Assembly: GCA_965603825.1 (NCBI GenBank)
Contig: CBFDEM010000056.1
Span: forward strand, 907,848-971,847
Source: Blepharisma stoltei ATCC 30299
Taxonomy: Eukaryota; Protista; Ciliophora
Direction of reading: 5' to 3'
Length of the DNA stretch: 64,000 bases
This document shows, piece by piece, positions 1-11,497 of the stretch (position 1 is the stretch's first letter; each line of letters opens with the position of its first letter). The notes beneath the pieces were generated by a model. That model made no database searches, had not been told where the DNA came from, and was given only the letters and a program-made list of their open reading frames with translations. A program made the position numbers and the translations under genes.

Positions 1-1086
1 GGTTCCGTCACCATTTGTGTCAAAAACTTGGAAAGCTTTGACGATTTCCTTTTCCTCATCTAAAGATAAGGATTGGACTACAAAATTTGAAACAGCTTGG
101 GAAAACCCGCAGTGCTTTTGATATTTTCGAAGCTTAGAAATGATGTCGGTGACCCCAGAAGAAACTTTTGGGGCTGCCTGCATTATCCAAGGATGCGTTA
201 ACGCAATGGAGGCAGAAATTCTGGCAAGTGGGTCAACTTCTAAGAGCTGCCGTAGTAGTAAAATCGCTTGAGGGGAGACTCCTTTTAGCGCTTTGGTATT
301 CAACTGAAAAGGCTTGATTTTAATTTCTTCTATAATTTCTGCCTCAGATTTGCCTTCATAAGGAATATTCCCTGTTAGAAGGATATAAAATATCATTCCA
401 CAGCTCCATTCATCAACCTTTTCACTATAGTTCCCACGTATCATTTCGGGCGCCATAAAATAAGAATTCCCTTGTTCTCCTTTGAACTTTTGGCCACTAT
501 AAAAAGCGGCTTTACCGAAGCCGACTAATTTAATTTGCATTCCACAATCATCCTGTAGTAGTATGTGACTAGGCTCAATATTTCTATGGACTACTCGTTT
601 ACTGTGAAGATAAGCCACTGTTGATAGAAGCTGCCGCATAATAATTGAAACTTTTTCTTCAGGGAATTCTTTATACTCCACAATTTTATTAATTATTTCT
701 TTTCCCTCACAGAATTCCATAGCTATATAATATTCATCTGCAGTTTCATAAAGTCCATAGCATCTTGGCAGATTCGGGTGATCAAGCAGCCTTCAGACTT
801 TAATTTCTTTGGATTCTTCTGGAATTATAGTCAACTGAGTAGGAGGCCTTTTCTTTGAAATCCTCTTTAGCACTCTGAGCATAGATGTTAATTTCTCTGT
901 ACACCGAAATATTTCAGAATCATTTCGACTTGAAATAGAATATAAATTTTCATAGTTTTCTAAGGGATTTGTTGAATGAACATTTAATAGGGCTCGAGGA
1001 CTTCCAGCTTTTAATGAAGATAAGTTGCTTTCTTCGAGTTTTATAGGTGTTATTGTTTTGTTATCCTTGCTGTTAGCGCAACCCAT
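1..1086 (-). CDS. CDPK-like Ca2+-dependent protein kinase homologue, probably a pseudokinase (3' end runs off the window)
   Basis: ORF 793-1086 reads through TGA (793-795) into LDHPNL..YYIAMEFCEG..YLHSKRVVHRNIEPSHIL..KLVGFG..MAPEM..DEWSCG and then an EF-hand start (FQVFDTNGDGT). N-terminal MGC acylation motif. Confidence 0.88.
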
Positions 1087-1745
1087 GATTTATATTTTAT
1101 TACTTGAAATATGAGTTTTTTTCTAATTATTATTTATTGAAGAAAGATTCGAAAAGAAATGAGTATTCTGTGTTCTGGAATGTTTGTGTAAAAAATATAA
1201 AATTGTATTAACTTCAACATGTTTGCATAAATGGCATTATTTTATTCTAAGAATACAGTGAATACGCTATTTATGACATTTTTTAAAGTTTAGTCCAAGG
1301 ATATATTGGAAAAAAACTAAAAATAGCTTGCAATATTTAATTATAAAATGCTAGATATTGACTGATTTTACTAATTGAATAATATTTATAAGAGGATTTT
1401 AATTTGTATAATAATTTATTTTTAACTAGTTTGTATAAATAAAGTAAATATATTATTTAATTAATTATTTTAATAACAGTATTCAAAGGAATTTAATCCT
1501 TTTCTTGCATAATCTCTTTTAAATAAGTATTTTTCATTAAATTTAAAAAATTCAGCATTGGTTTAGATCTATTATATAAAATTATGCACAATAATCCAAA
1601 TAATTAATTAAATTAGATATTCTGCTTTTAATTTTATTTATATAATAAAAATGTAATATATCATTATTTATACATCTGAATAAAGTAATTGGTGCTGAGG
1701 AGAACTCTAACTATTAAGACATAGAAATTATTTAGAGAATTATTG

Positions 1746-2858
1746 TTAACTTTTCTTTTTAAGTATTTGTACTACATCTTCATCGCAAAGAATATGCTTT
1801 AACCCTACTCTCTGAGCTAAATGCTTCGTTGATTTTCCCCACACAAAAGCACATCGAAATTCGTCCACTAGATCTTTATGCAGCTGTATACAAGCAGCCT
1901 CAATGCTTATTCCATCTCTTCTTTCAGTCAATATAAGCGGGTCACCAAAATCAGGGTGAAATCCAGGCTTTTTGGTATAAACTCTCACAAGACCTAATTT
2001 TTGCCAAATTCTTTCGACCAGCCATTCTAAGTTCATCCTTAAATTGCAAGAGATAACGATTGAATCAGGCTCTCTTGCTAAATCATTGACTTCTTCAATT
2101 GAGATGTTATCAATTTTGTTATATACATATAAACATGGAATATAGCTTCTGTTTTTCCCTTCAACAATATCAATAAATTCATCAACTGATGCATCTTCTC
2201 TAAGCAAAATTTCAGCATGGAATATTTTGTATTCATGGCAGATTTTCCTTGCTATCTCTTGGCTCATATGTGTTAAATGGCAGGTCGCATTAAAAACTAT
2301 CCCATTAGCCGCTTTTCTTTGAAATGTGATATCAGGTCTTCTCTTATTAAGCCTAATCCCGACACTTTCAAGCTCTGCTGTAATTTTAGCTTTCTGTTCT
2401 TTTGCATTCTGAGCATCTAAAACCATCAAAATTAAATCGGCCGATTTCCCAACTGCTATAACTTGTCTTCCTCTTCCTTTTCCCTCACTAGCTCCTTCAA
2501 TAATACCAGGAAGATCTAGAAGCTGTAGCTTAGCTCCCTTATAAGTAATGATTCCAGGGATACATGTTAAGGTTGTAAATTCATATGCTGCAGATTCAGA
2601 CTGTGTAGGTGTTAATGAGCTTAACAAGGTAGATTTACCCACACTAGGAAAACCAATCAGGGCAACTCTTGCATCTCCATATTTCCCAACATCAAAGCCT
2701 TCAGCTTTCCCACCTCCTCCTTTAGGTGGTTCAAGAAGCTGTGCTTTTAGCTTTGATAAACGAGCTTTTAGCAGTCCAAGATGCCCTTCAGTAGCTTTAT
2801 TCTTCTGTGTTCTGGCCATCTCGAACTGAATCTCCTTGATTCTTTCTTGAATGCCCAT
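1746..2858 (-). CDS. DRG2: Developmentally regulated GTP-binding protein (DRG/Rbg family, DRG2-like)
   Basis: MARTQKNKATEGHLGLLKA N-terminus, GFPSVGKS, YEFTTLT, DLPGIIEGA, NKID and a C-terminal TGS domain. Confidence 0.95.
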   Translation of the reverse strand: MGIQERIKEIQFEMARTQKNKATEGHLGLLKARLSKLKAQLLEPPKGGGGKAEGFDVGKYGDARVALIGFPSVGKSTLLSSLTPTQSESAAYEFTTLTCIPGIITYKGAKLQLLDLPGIIEGASEGKGRGRQVIAVGKSADLILMVLDAQNAKEQKAKITAELESVGIRLNKRRPDITFQRKAANGIVFNATCHLTHMSQEIARKICHEYKIFHAEILLREDASVDEFIDIVEGKNRSYIPCLYVYNKIDNISIEEVNDLAREPDSIVISCNLRMNLEWLVERIWQKLGLVRVYTKKPGFHPDFGDPLILTERRDGISIEAACIQLHKDLVDEFRCAFVWGKSTKHLAQRVGLKHILCDEDVVQILKKKS

Positions 2859-2893
2859 TTAATTATTTACACGATCCATAATTAGCATATAGA

Positions 2894-4558
2894 TTAATAC
2901 TTATATTTCCATAACTCTAGGGCTTCAGATATGTTAAGACCAGCTGCATCTCTTTTCCATGGAATACAATGCTGCGTAGGCTGCTCTTTCCAGATTGGCA
3001 AAACATTGTGTTCAAGATTATTTAATTCTTTTTCTTCGTCATGAAGTTTAAGCTCGACTAGCCTAAGCCTTTCTCTCCTGGTTTTGTCCTCATCTTTTAT
3101 AGCTATAATTTCAGGAACTTCTAATTGAATTTCTGAGGGATGTTTTAAAGCATTTTTGATATTTTCAATTAAATTTTTTTCTGATTGGTAAAGTTCTGTG
3201 TGGCAAGCTTCGAAAACTCGTTTAAGTTGACGGTTTGTGATTGGAGTCCTTAATTGGCTTGAAATAGTTGCCTCTGGGCCTGAAGTTGAAGGATGATTAG
3301 GGATATTTAATGGGACTAAATAATTTTGGATTTTTGCAAACTCAGAGCATTCTCGAGATATGCAAGTAAGTAATGGTTTGAGGAGCTCTGGAATGTCATT
3401 TCTTATGGCGAGAATATGATTTTGCATGAATTCGTCAATTCTCAGCTTATATTTCCCTAGATCTCTTCTCAATGACGAATTTCTTTCAACTATAGCACTT
3501 ACCTGCAAACTTAATGAAGTTTTTCCTTCTTTTTCTCCTTTTTGTTTTTGTCTTTGCAAAAGAATAATTTTTTGGCTCAAATCTTCTTTTTTTTGTATCA
3601 ATTCTCTCATGCTATTTTGTAAAGAATTTACCTGTGCTTTTTTCGACTGTAATTCTATTTCCAATTTATGGAACTCTTTTAGCTTCGCTGACGAATAACT
3701 TTCTTTCCTCTCAAACAGAGAAATAAAATTTTTCCTTAAATTTTTGGTATAGTGAAGCATATTTTCGCAGTCATTAAAAGCTTCCCATGTCGATTCTCTT
3801 TCTTTTGCTATTTTTGCAGCAAGTTTATCAATTAATAAAGACGTGTCAATATTTTCTACTTGAAAATGGTCACCAATTTTAATTAGTTTTACCCCAATAG
3901 TCCTTATTTCATTTTCTGGGTGAAAATTATTGATCATGCTGTAGAGCTCGGTAAATGCAAATTTATTTTCACTGATTAAATGGGAAAAAACCGCAGTGGT
4001 CTCAAGGTCAATTCCTAATGAGTCTAAAATTCCTTTAATTGCGTTTACAGGGATATCTAATGGTTTTGCTTTGGTAGTTGATAGATAAAGAAGTCTATCT
4101 GCAGCTTGAGATAACAGTTCTTCATTGATTTTTATATTTTCTGGGCTAGATTTTTGGTTATTAAGGGCTTCTAGTATTTCTTTTGATTTTGCAATTTTTT
4201 CTCTGAGCCGGTCGTTTTTGTAAACATATGCTTGCAGTATAGATCTTTTGGCTCTTTTCAAATTTATTTCACTTTTCAGCTTATTAATCACTTCTTGGTT
4301 TGCAGAAATCTGAGAAAGTATTTTTTGAGAATTTGATGTATCAATTTGCTTTGATGAGCGGATATTATTGACAGAATTGAGCATTGAGTTCGCTCGAATT
4401 GTTTTTGCGTCGCTACTTGACTTTGTATGCTTCATTAAAAATTGAAAAATAGGCTTGGCCACACCTTGAAGCACCTGTGAGAGATCTTGGGTACTGATAT
4501 CTCCTGGGTATAGCAAATTTGTCTTTAGATGGTTGCATAGATCTCCCGCCACATCCAT
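2894..4558 (-). CDS. HAUS5: Augmin (HAUS) complex subunit 5-like coiled-coil protein
   Basis: N-terminal QGVAKPIFQFLMKHTKSSSDAKTIRAN and C-terminal WKEQPTQHCIPW..GLNISEALELW resemble the two conserved ends of HAUS5/AUG5, with coiled coil between. Confidence 0.65.
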   Translation of the reverse strand: MDVAGDLCNHLKTNLLYPGDISTQDLSQVLQGVAKPIFQFLMKHTKSSSDAKTIRANSMLNSVNNIRSSKQIDTSNSQKILSQISANQEVINKLKSEINLKRAKRSILQAYVYKNDRLREKIAKSKEILEALNNQKSSPENIKINEELLSQAADRLLYLSTTKAKPLDIPVNAIKGILDSLGIDLETTAVFSHLISENKFAFTELYSMINNFHPENEIRTIGVKLIKIGDHFQVENIDTSLLIDKLAAKIAKERESTWEAFNDCENMLHYTKNLRKNFISLFERKESYSSAKLKEFHKLEIELQSKKAQVNSLQNSMRELIQKKEDLSQKIILLQRQKQKGEKEGKTSLSLQVSAIVERNSSLRRDLGKYKLRIDEFMQNHILAIRNDIPELLKPLLTCISRECSEFAKIQNYLVPLNIPNHPSTSGPEATISSQLRTPITNRQLKRVFEACHTELYQSEKNLIENIKNALKHPSEIQLEVPEIIAIKDEDKTRRERLRLVELKLHDEEKELNNLEHNVLPIWKEQPTQHCIPWKRDAAGLNISEALELWKYKY

Positions 4559-4720
4559 GCTCTGAAATTTATAATAAAATTTATTTAAAAATCTTCTAGA
4601 TTTTCCCTATACTTATCATCGGCAATTTCTTTTTAACAAAAATATTTGACTATAAAACTCTTCAATCCTCAGCTTATTTTTGCTTAAAGCAAACCATTTT
4701 TTAAAAATTTACACGTGTAA

Positions 4721-6208
4721 ATGTTAAAAGGGATATTATTGGTATCTCTTTTGCTTTTTGCAGCAGCTGAAGAAGATTATTACAGATTATTAGGGGTTCC
4801 TAGAAATGCTGATGAAAAAACTATTAAAAAAGCATTTAAAAAGCTTAGTCTAAAATACCATCCTGACAAAAACAAAGAAAACAAAAAAGAAGCCGAACAA
4901 ATGTTCATGAAAATTGCAAATGCATATGAGGTCCTTACAGACCCAGAAAAGAGGAAAATCTATGATCAGTATGGAGAAGAAGGACTTAAAAACGGAGGTC
5001 ACCAGCAGCAACATCAAGGAAACTTTGATGACATTTTCAGCCAATTTTTCGGAGGCGGAGGAGGTGGAGGCTTCCAATTCAATTTTGGCCAAGGCGGAGG
5101 AAGGCAGCAGCAGCAGCATTTCCACTTCGGAGGACACCAGCAAGCCCATCAAGAGCCTAAAGCAGCCCCATTTTACGAAAACACAGATGTTTACAATCTA
5201 GATTTCGGCGGTCTAAAACATCTCTACCGTAGAAACGAAATTTGGATGGTCGAATTTTACTCCCTAAAAAGCAAAGCCTGTGAAGAGCTCAAAGACGAGT
5301 GGATCAATATGGCCAACAAGCTATACGGCATCATAAAGGTCGCTGGTGTGAATTGTGACGACGAAGAAGAGCTTTGTGAAGAATACGACGTCAAGCATTA
5401 CCCTACCATTATTTATTTCCCAGATAATACTGCTTTAAGCTACGAGGTTTATAAAGGACCAAAAACATATCAAGCTATGAGCGATTTTGCAGTCGCAAGA
5501 ATGCAGAGTTTTGTGAGGATCGTAAATTTGAAAAATATTAATTCCTTTTTTGAAGAAGAGCCTGAGCAAGCGAAAGTTATTCTTTTTACAAATAAAAAAT
5601 CAACACCACCACTATTAAAAGCGCTGAGTAAAGAATTTAAAGGAAGGGTACTGTTTGGAGAGGTTAGGTCAAGTGAGGCAGAATTGGTGAGTAGGTATAA
5701 TATAAAAGAATTTCCAACAATTATTGGGCTGAGTGAGGAAAATGAAAAGGATAGATATAGCGGCGAATATAAAAGAGATCTTCTGGAAAGATGGATTAGA
5801 GGGTTTATGTATAATAATAGAAGCCAAGGCACAAAGGTGAGAGAGTTGACTAGAATTTTAAATATTGGAGGCAAATGCAGCGCTGCAAGTAGCAGTTTTT
5901 GCTTTTTGTGGTTTATTCAAAAATCTGATGATAAGCCAAAAGAAATTTTAAAGGCTCTTGCTCAAACTTTTGAGAATGATCCTATTGAATTTTATTGGGT
6001 AGATAAATCAAGATATCCCGGTTTTGTTATTGAATTTGAAGGAGATATAGTAGCCTATAAGCCTAAGAGGAAGCGCTATGTGAAAATAGACTGCAACATG
6101 AACGTCAAATGCTTTACAGACCAGCTTTCTAATATCTTATCAGGTGGAGGAGATATGAAAAAGCTTGACGTCACACCTGAACTTTTAGAGACAAAGAGAG
6201 AACTGTAA
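4721..6208 (+). CDS. ER-luminal DnaJ + thioredoxin-fold protein (DNAJC16/ERdj-like)
   Basis: Signal peptide, J-domain with HPD, G/F-rich linker, thioredoxin folds (SxxC instead of CxxC), C-terminal KREL retention-like motif. Confidence 0.9.
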   Translation: MLKGILLVSLLLFAAAEEDYYRLLGVPRNADEKTIKKAFKKLSLKYHPDKNKENKKEAEQMFMKIANAYEVLTDPEKRKIYDQYGEEGLKNGGHQQQHQGNFDDIFSQFFGGGGGGGFQFNFGQGGGRQQQQHFHFGGHQQAHQEPKAAPFYENTDVYNLDFGGLKHLYRRNEIWMVEFYSLKSKACEELKDEWINMANKLYGIIKVAGVNCDDEEELCEEYDVKHYPTIIYFPDNTALSYEVYKGPKTYQAMSDFAVARMQSFVRIVNLKNINSFFEEEPEQAKVILFTNKKSTPPLLKALSKEFKGRVLFGEVRSSEAELVSRYNIKEFPTIIGLSEENEKDRYSGEYKRDLLERWIRGFMYNNRSQGTKVRELTRILNIGGKCSAASSSFCFLWFIQKSDDKPKEILKALAQTFENDPIEFYWVDKSRYPGFVIEFEGDIVAYKPKRKRYVKIDCNMNVKCFTDQLSNILSGGGDMKKLDVTPELLETKREL

Positions 6209-6304
6209 AACAGAGCTGGCTACAAATAATTAATTTATTATTAGTGTTATTTAAAAGATAAGGAAAAATAAAATATTTATTTATTTCTTCGACAAACTAT
6301 AAAT

Positions 6305-7435
6305 ATGTCAAGTGACGAAGAAGCCACAACAAATGACGGATCGACAGATCTTACAGATCAACTTGCCCTTATGAGCCATGTATTCGATCCAAGCGCTGAC
6401 CGAAATGCATGAAAGCAAGACAAAGTCTGTTCTGTTTGCTATCAGAGTTTTTCCATGATGGGAAATGGTAAAAAACACTACTGCAAGTTTTGCTTCCGAG
6501 GAGTTTGTGGCAACTGCTCAATGCATAAAGGCCTCCAGCCCGAAAGAAACGCAGCACTCAGGATTTGCGACAATTGCTACCACCGTGGCATAGAAGACCA
6601 AGTAAAATCCAATTTCGAGCGAGAATTAGAAAGAGAAAAACAAGAAACCTTAGAAGTAGAAGAAAACATAAAACTTGAAAAGAAAAACAACAACAAAGAA
6701 CTGCTAGAAATCAAACTTTTAAAAGACAAAATCGAAAAATGCAAACAAGAATTAACAAGAAAAGAAACAGAGCTTGCCAATCAAGCAGCCTCTCTAAAAG
6801 ACGATATGAAAAACATGGAATCTGACAGTGACGCTTTATATGAAAATTTAGAAATAATAAAAAATGAAATAAGAACAAAAGAATCAAAAATCGCTGCTTT
6901 AAGAGAAGAATTACAAGGAGTAAAAAAACAATGCGAAGTTGACAGAAAAAGAGTCATGGACTTGAAAAATGCTATAGATGAGCAGGAAAAAGAAAATTTA
7001 AAGGTCCAGGAGTCGCTGAACTTGTTAGAAGATAAAGAAAAAAGAGCTGAAGAAAATAATTTAAATGTGATTAAAGCAGAAAAAGACGTGAAATTAAAAA
7101 TCCAAAAAACAAAAGAACAGCTGGAAGAAGCGAGAAAAGATAACGAAAATTTAAGGAAAAGATTGCTTCCGCTGAGGCAGGAAAGAGATAGAAGGGTAAG
7201 TGAGCTGGAAGAGCTGGAAAATAAAGTCCAAGAGACGAGAGAAGAAGAAAAAAGAACCACAGATCAAGTCAAGTATTTGAAAGAAAAATCTGAAGCACAG
7301 AAACAAGAAATTATTAGGTTGCAGGCGAAGGTAAATAAAAATAATGAGGCTCAAGAGCTAGTGGATGGGCACAGCTCTGAAACGTCATCAGTTGAGCCTG
7401 AAGCAAGGGGGCGTTGCAAATGCATAATCCAATAA
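6305..7435 (+). CDS. FYVE zinc-finger + coiled-coil protein with C-terminal CaaX
   Basis: ATG at 6305 is in frame with ORF 6455. TGA 6410-6412 supplies the W of the FYVE WxxD motif (WKQD-KVCSVC..KKHYCKFC..VCGNC..RICDNC). Ends CKCIIQ. Confidence 0.88.
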
Positions 7436-7914
7436 TGCAATTCTAATTTTAAGTCTATGATGGAATTATTTATAACGAGATTTTTTTCAGTTGGCCTGTT
7501 ATTAATTTCAGCCAGCCAAACTGCGACAAGTTATTATGGATTGGGGAAAGCAAGTCCCTAAACATCCCCAAATTGGTAGGGCATATATACCCTTATGGTC
7601 ACACTAATAAATTCTCATTCTCAGAAGCCTCAATCCCATCAGTAAACAGTTTACAGCAGCTTTTTCAGAATTTCTCCACAGAACTACTAACTACCCCCAA
7701 CTGATCATACATTTAAATTGTCCTCGGTTTTCCCTTCAGAATCCCCTACAAACAATTTATTAGAATTTTAACTACTAGATCAGAACCCCTTTCTTTACCC
7801 ACCTTACTTCCAATTTCCCTTCTCCCAAGACTCAAGTCAAACTATTATCTACTATTTCTACTCACAATATTTTAAATTATCGGGTTTAAGTCCAGCAAAC
7901 GAAGTTCCATTCTT

Positions 7915-8692
7915 TTAAAGAGGGGAACCTGGTTCTGTGCTCTCACTTTCGCTTGGGCAAGAGATATCGTCTATTTTATATTGAATCTGTTCCAAAGTTA
8001 GCTCTAGAACCTTCTTATCTAATGAATAGCCTTGATCTACAACTTTCAGCCACTCAGTTTTGAAGTCTCTTACCTTGAATTTATCAAGTGCGCAACAAAT
8101 CGATGCGACAGCTAACAGAAAAGGAGGCTGAAAGGACAGAAGGTTATGTAAATAGCAGAGCGCTGCGTATGAGTCTGCACTTTCGGCAATACTTGAATAA
8201 TCGAAGTCTCCACAGGTGCAGGCCAGCAAGTGCCTTATAATTTCAGATGCAGTGGGGACGTCAAGTTTCCAGCACAAGGCGTTGAGTATAAACAGTTCGG
8301 TTTGAATTATGGCTTCGATCGGAAACCTCCCTTTACAGAGCTCATACATTTGTTTGGGACTGAGCTCTTGGATGTGCTCGTATTTTAAGGCAATGTTGAG
8401 TGACACTATGCCGACCAATTGTAAGACTTTTACGTGTGAAATTGACTTAAGCGACAGAAATGTGTCGAAGTATCGTATACAGTACTGAATGGAGTTAGAG
8501 GAGCCACCCACTAGTTCGTTTACTTGGAAAAGCCAGAGAAGAATTTCTTCTCTGTCCTGAGGCTTAAATCGCCCATTCTGAATTGTTGTCAGGTATGAGC
8601 TGATATCTAGATATTCCTACGTGGAAGGTTACTTTTGATAGTAGGTAGGAAAGGGTTTCTTTGGAGTATAAACAACTTTGATCTTTATTCAT
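7915..8692 (-). CDS. Cyclin (2 exons: 8692-8633, 8616-7915)
   Basis: Removing the 16-nt intron gives DREEILLWLFQV..RYFDTFLS..LQLVGIVSLNIALKYE..TELFILNALCWKLDVPT, a cyclin box. Confidence 0.9.
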
Positions 8693-9783
8693 TGAAGCTT
8701 ACGAATTGCAAAGTGTTATTATAAAATTTAAGATAATACAAAATAAATCTTAATTACCATTGATTTATATTGCTAGAGTAAAGTGCGTCGAGTAATTTTG
8801 ACTGACGAAATTATGATATTGAAGTAGATATGGTTAGTTAGCGGGTTTTGTAAAAAATTCATAACAGAATTAATTAAAAGCTACGTAAAACTGATATGAG
8901 AGGAAACTGTAATAAATTGGGCTGGTTGTCTTTTTAATAATTTTCCTAATAATTTGTAAGAAAATTGAATTTTATAAAAATAGTCAACGAATTATTTAAA
9001 AAGAATATTTAAAGAATTTTCATGCAAAATTGTTAATTTAAACTGGCTTTAAAACAATGAATGATACTTTTTTCAACTAATAAGCTTCCTATTTGTAAAA
9101 TAGCGTTTTCTGTTAAGCTGCTAATTTCTCAAAGTAGTTTTATTGTGTTTTGCTATAAAATTAGGCCTCAGAATGAGTTGTAGAGTAAATACCTCATCAG
9201 AAATTGATTTTGGATTTCAGAACTGTATCTTCAGAAGATATTTTTTTAAAATCTTTTTAAGATATATTTAGATTTATAGTTTTCTGATAAAATAATTTTT
9301 CCCTGGATGGTTTTTTAGTGATTCTTCATAAGCTTCTTTTTGGTTTAATCTTAAGCTAATTTCTATAGATCAAAACCTCTCATAACTACCAAAATGGTGC
9401 TGCAGAAAATAAAAAACCCATAATGTTTTCTTTTTGCATTATAACTATGATGCATCTGTTTAGCTCAAAAGAGTTTGGGTCCTCCAATGGTAAGCAGATT
9501 AATTCCTTATAATTTCAAAAAATTCCAAAAATATATATTTTGCTTCTTTTTCAAACCTCTAGGTTGAAAAAATAATATGGCATTTGGGTATTAATCTTTT
9601 ATAGAAGATAAAAATACTCTTTATCAGGGCCTAGAAAGAAAAAGGCCAAATTATTATATAATAAAATTTTAAAACCAATAAAAGAAGTCTAGGATTATTA
9701 ATTAAGACTTTTTAATGCTCACATACCCGAAGCTAAGACTCATGTTGGCTCTATTTTCAATTGGCAAAACTCATCTTAACTTA

Positions 9784-10461
9784 TTATAAAGAACTCCCAA
9801 TATGGCGCCCAATTTTGCACCCTTTTAAGCATTCAGTGCATTTATTACAACAAGTCATATAAGCATCTTTTCCACACCCTCTGCATGAGAAAAAATTAAG
9901 CCTCCCTGGATGATAAGCACATGCACCGTTGTGGTTATTCGCCAAGGTAAAATTTTGGTGGCAATTTATACATTTTATTTCCTCTATTGCTCGATGTTCC
10001 GACTCAATTATTTTGCTAGACAATATTTCATGCTCTTTTTGTAAGGCAAATTTTTGGATTTCAAGTTCTTTGAAATAGTCAATGAGCTTTATAATTTTTT
10101 CTTGATTATTCTGGATTTTAGGAGAATTTGATTGAGGAAAATTTTCTGAGTGTTCTTCTTCATTATTCTGTAGGCTACCAAGCTGATAAACACTCCTTTG
10201 TAATCTTAAAAGATAATTTATTTTTTCAGTCAGCTCATTTTCTAAGATCTTTAGACTGTTAGTCTGTTGTTCAATTTGAGATTGCAAATTCTGATTCTGT
10301 TTTAATAAGGAATTGTGTTTTTCTTTGAGATGTGCGTTTGCTTTAGAGGAATCTTCGACTTCTTTAGCTTTGTCATTAAGGTAGAGTTTATAGCATTTAT
10401 TTAAGTCTACTAAGTTGTTGTAAGGAATTGGCTCTGAAATATTTTTTAGTTCTTTAGCCAT
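9784..10461 (-). CDS. Coiled-coil protein with a C-terminal CHORD-like Cys/His zinc-binding domain
   Basis: CINCHQNF..CAYHPG..CC..GCKIGRH pattern after a long coiled coil. Confidence 0.7.
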   Translation of the reverse strand: MAKELKNISEPIPYNNLVDLNKCYKLYLNDKAKEVEDSSKANAHLKEKHNSLLKQNQNLQSQIEQQTNSLKILENELTEKINYLLRLQRSVYQLGSLQNNEEEHSENFPQSNSPKIQNNQEKIIKLIDYFKELEIQKFALQKEHEILSSKIIESEHRAIEEIKCINCHQNFTLANNHNGACAYHPGRLNFFSCRGCGKDAYMTCCNKCTECLKGCKIGRHIGSSL

Positions 10462-10611
10462 TTTATTAGAAGAGATAATTTGCTTAATAAAGGGAACAAA
10501 AAATAAAATTTTTAATTTATCTATTTATTTTTGGGTTTTTAAAGAGGATTGAAGAAATAACTTTTAAGAGAACAATGATAAAACAGCTGTTAGAAGATTA
10601 TTTATATTATT

Positions 10612-11235
10612 ATAAATATGCACATATAGTTTCAAATGTGCCATAATTGGCGAATGACAGATAGGTAAATCAAGTTTATTACGTAGATTTCTAGAGAAGC
10701 AATCTATTTGAGGAGAAAACTCAGCCTAAGGTATAGAATTTGATGCACAAGTCTTTTGAATTGATGACTATAGAATAAAATTGTTTATATGAGACATAGC
10801 TAGTGATGCAAGTTTTAGGATTAAAAATAGGTATGCTCATTACTTAAGTTCTTAGATTATTTAGAAGTTAGAGTATTCCGCAGCCTTGCTCAGAGTTTTC
10901 ATCAATGAAGCTGCATCTCTCAGTGCTCTCCTAAAGTCGATATTTTGATTCAGTTGATCTTATTAAAGTGCAGCGGCTTTCTTTTTATATACGAGGTTGC
11001 AATGTCCCTTTAAAAGATTTAAATAATTGAGTAAATGAAGCAATCAAATATGTTCCTGAACAGCTACGTCAATTTGAGTCAGAAATAAATAAAAACCAGT
11101 TTATATGAAGAAGGATAAAAATTCGCAAACGATCCTTAAATGATATTTTTGGAAACTTCAATCAAATATATGTGAAGTGTGGATAATGCTTTTAAGTTTA
11201 TTGCTATTGAAGTATTAACAAATATAAGAAATTTA
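10612..11235 (+). pseudogene. Decayed tandem copy of the downstream Rab-like GTPase, with an internal insertion
   Basis: Colinear nucleotide similarity to 11498-12046 (ttcaaatgtgccataattgg; aaaattcgcaaa..aaatgatatttttggaaac; tttaagtttattgc). In-frame TAA, frameshifts and an insert of about 130 bp. Confidence 0.85.
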
Positions 11236-11497
11236 TATACAGATAGATATAGTAAAAAATTTGTTTATCTTAGGCCGATAAGTAGTTATTATTTAAGTAT
11301 GTCCAGAAATTCGGTTTATTTTATTAATAAACAAATTATTTTCTTATTAAATATAGCATAGCACATAGCGTTAGGATTTTAATAAAATTTTTTTTCGGGA
11401 TTATTAACAATACCTTTTTAAAATGTGACTAAAATCCCTATTGTATCGGAAAAAAATCGACTATTTATAAGACCATTTTTTATCATAAAGCTAATAA

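Noticed and set aside
7555-7570. CCCTAAACA in a hairpin loop as a telomerase template
   Set aside because: Imperfect match with an extra A; it cannot template TGTTAGGG.
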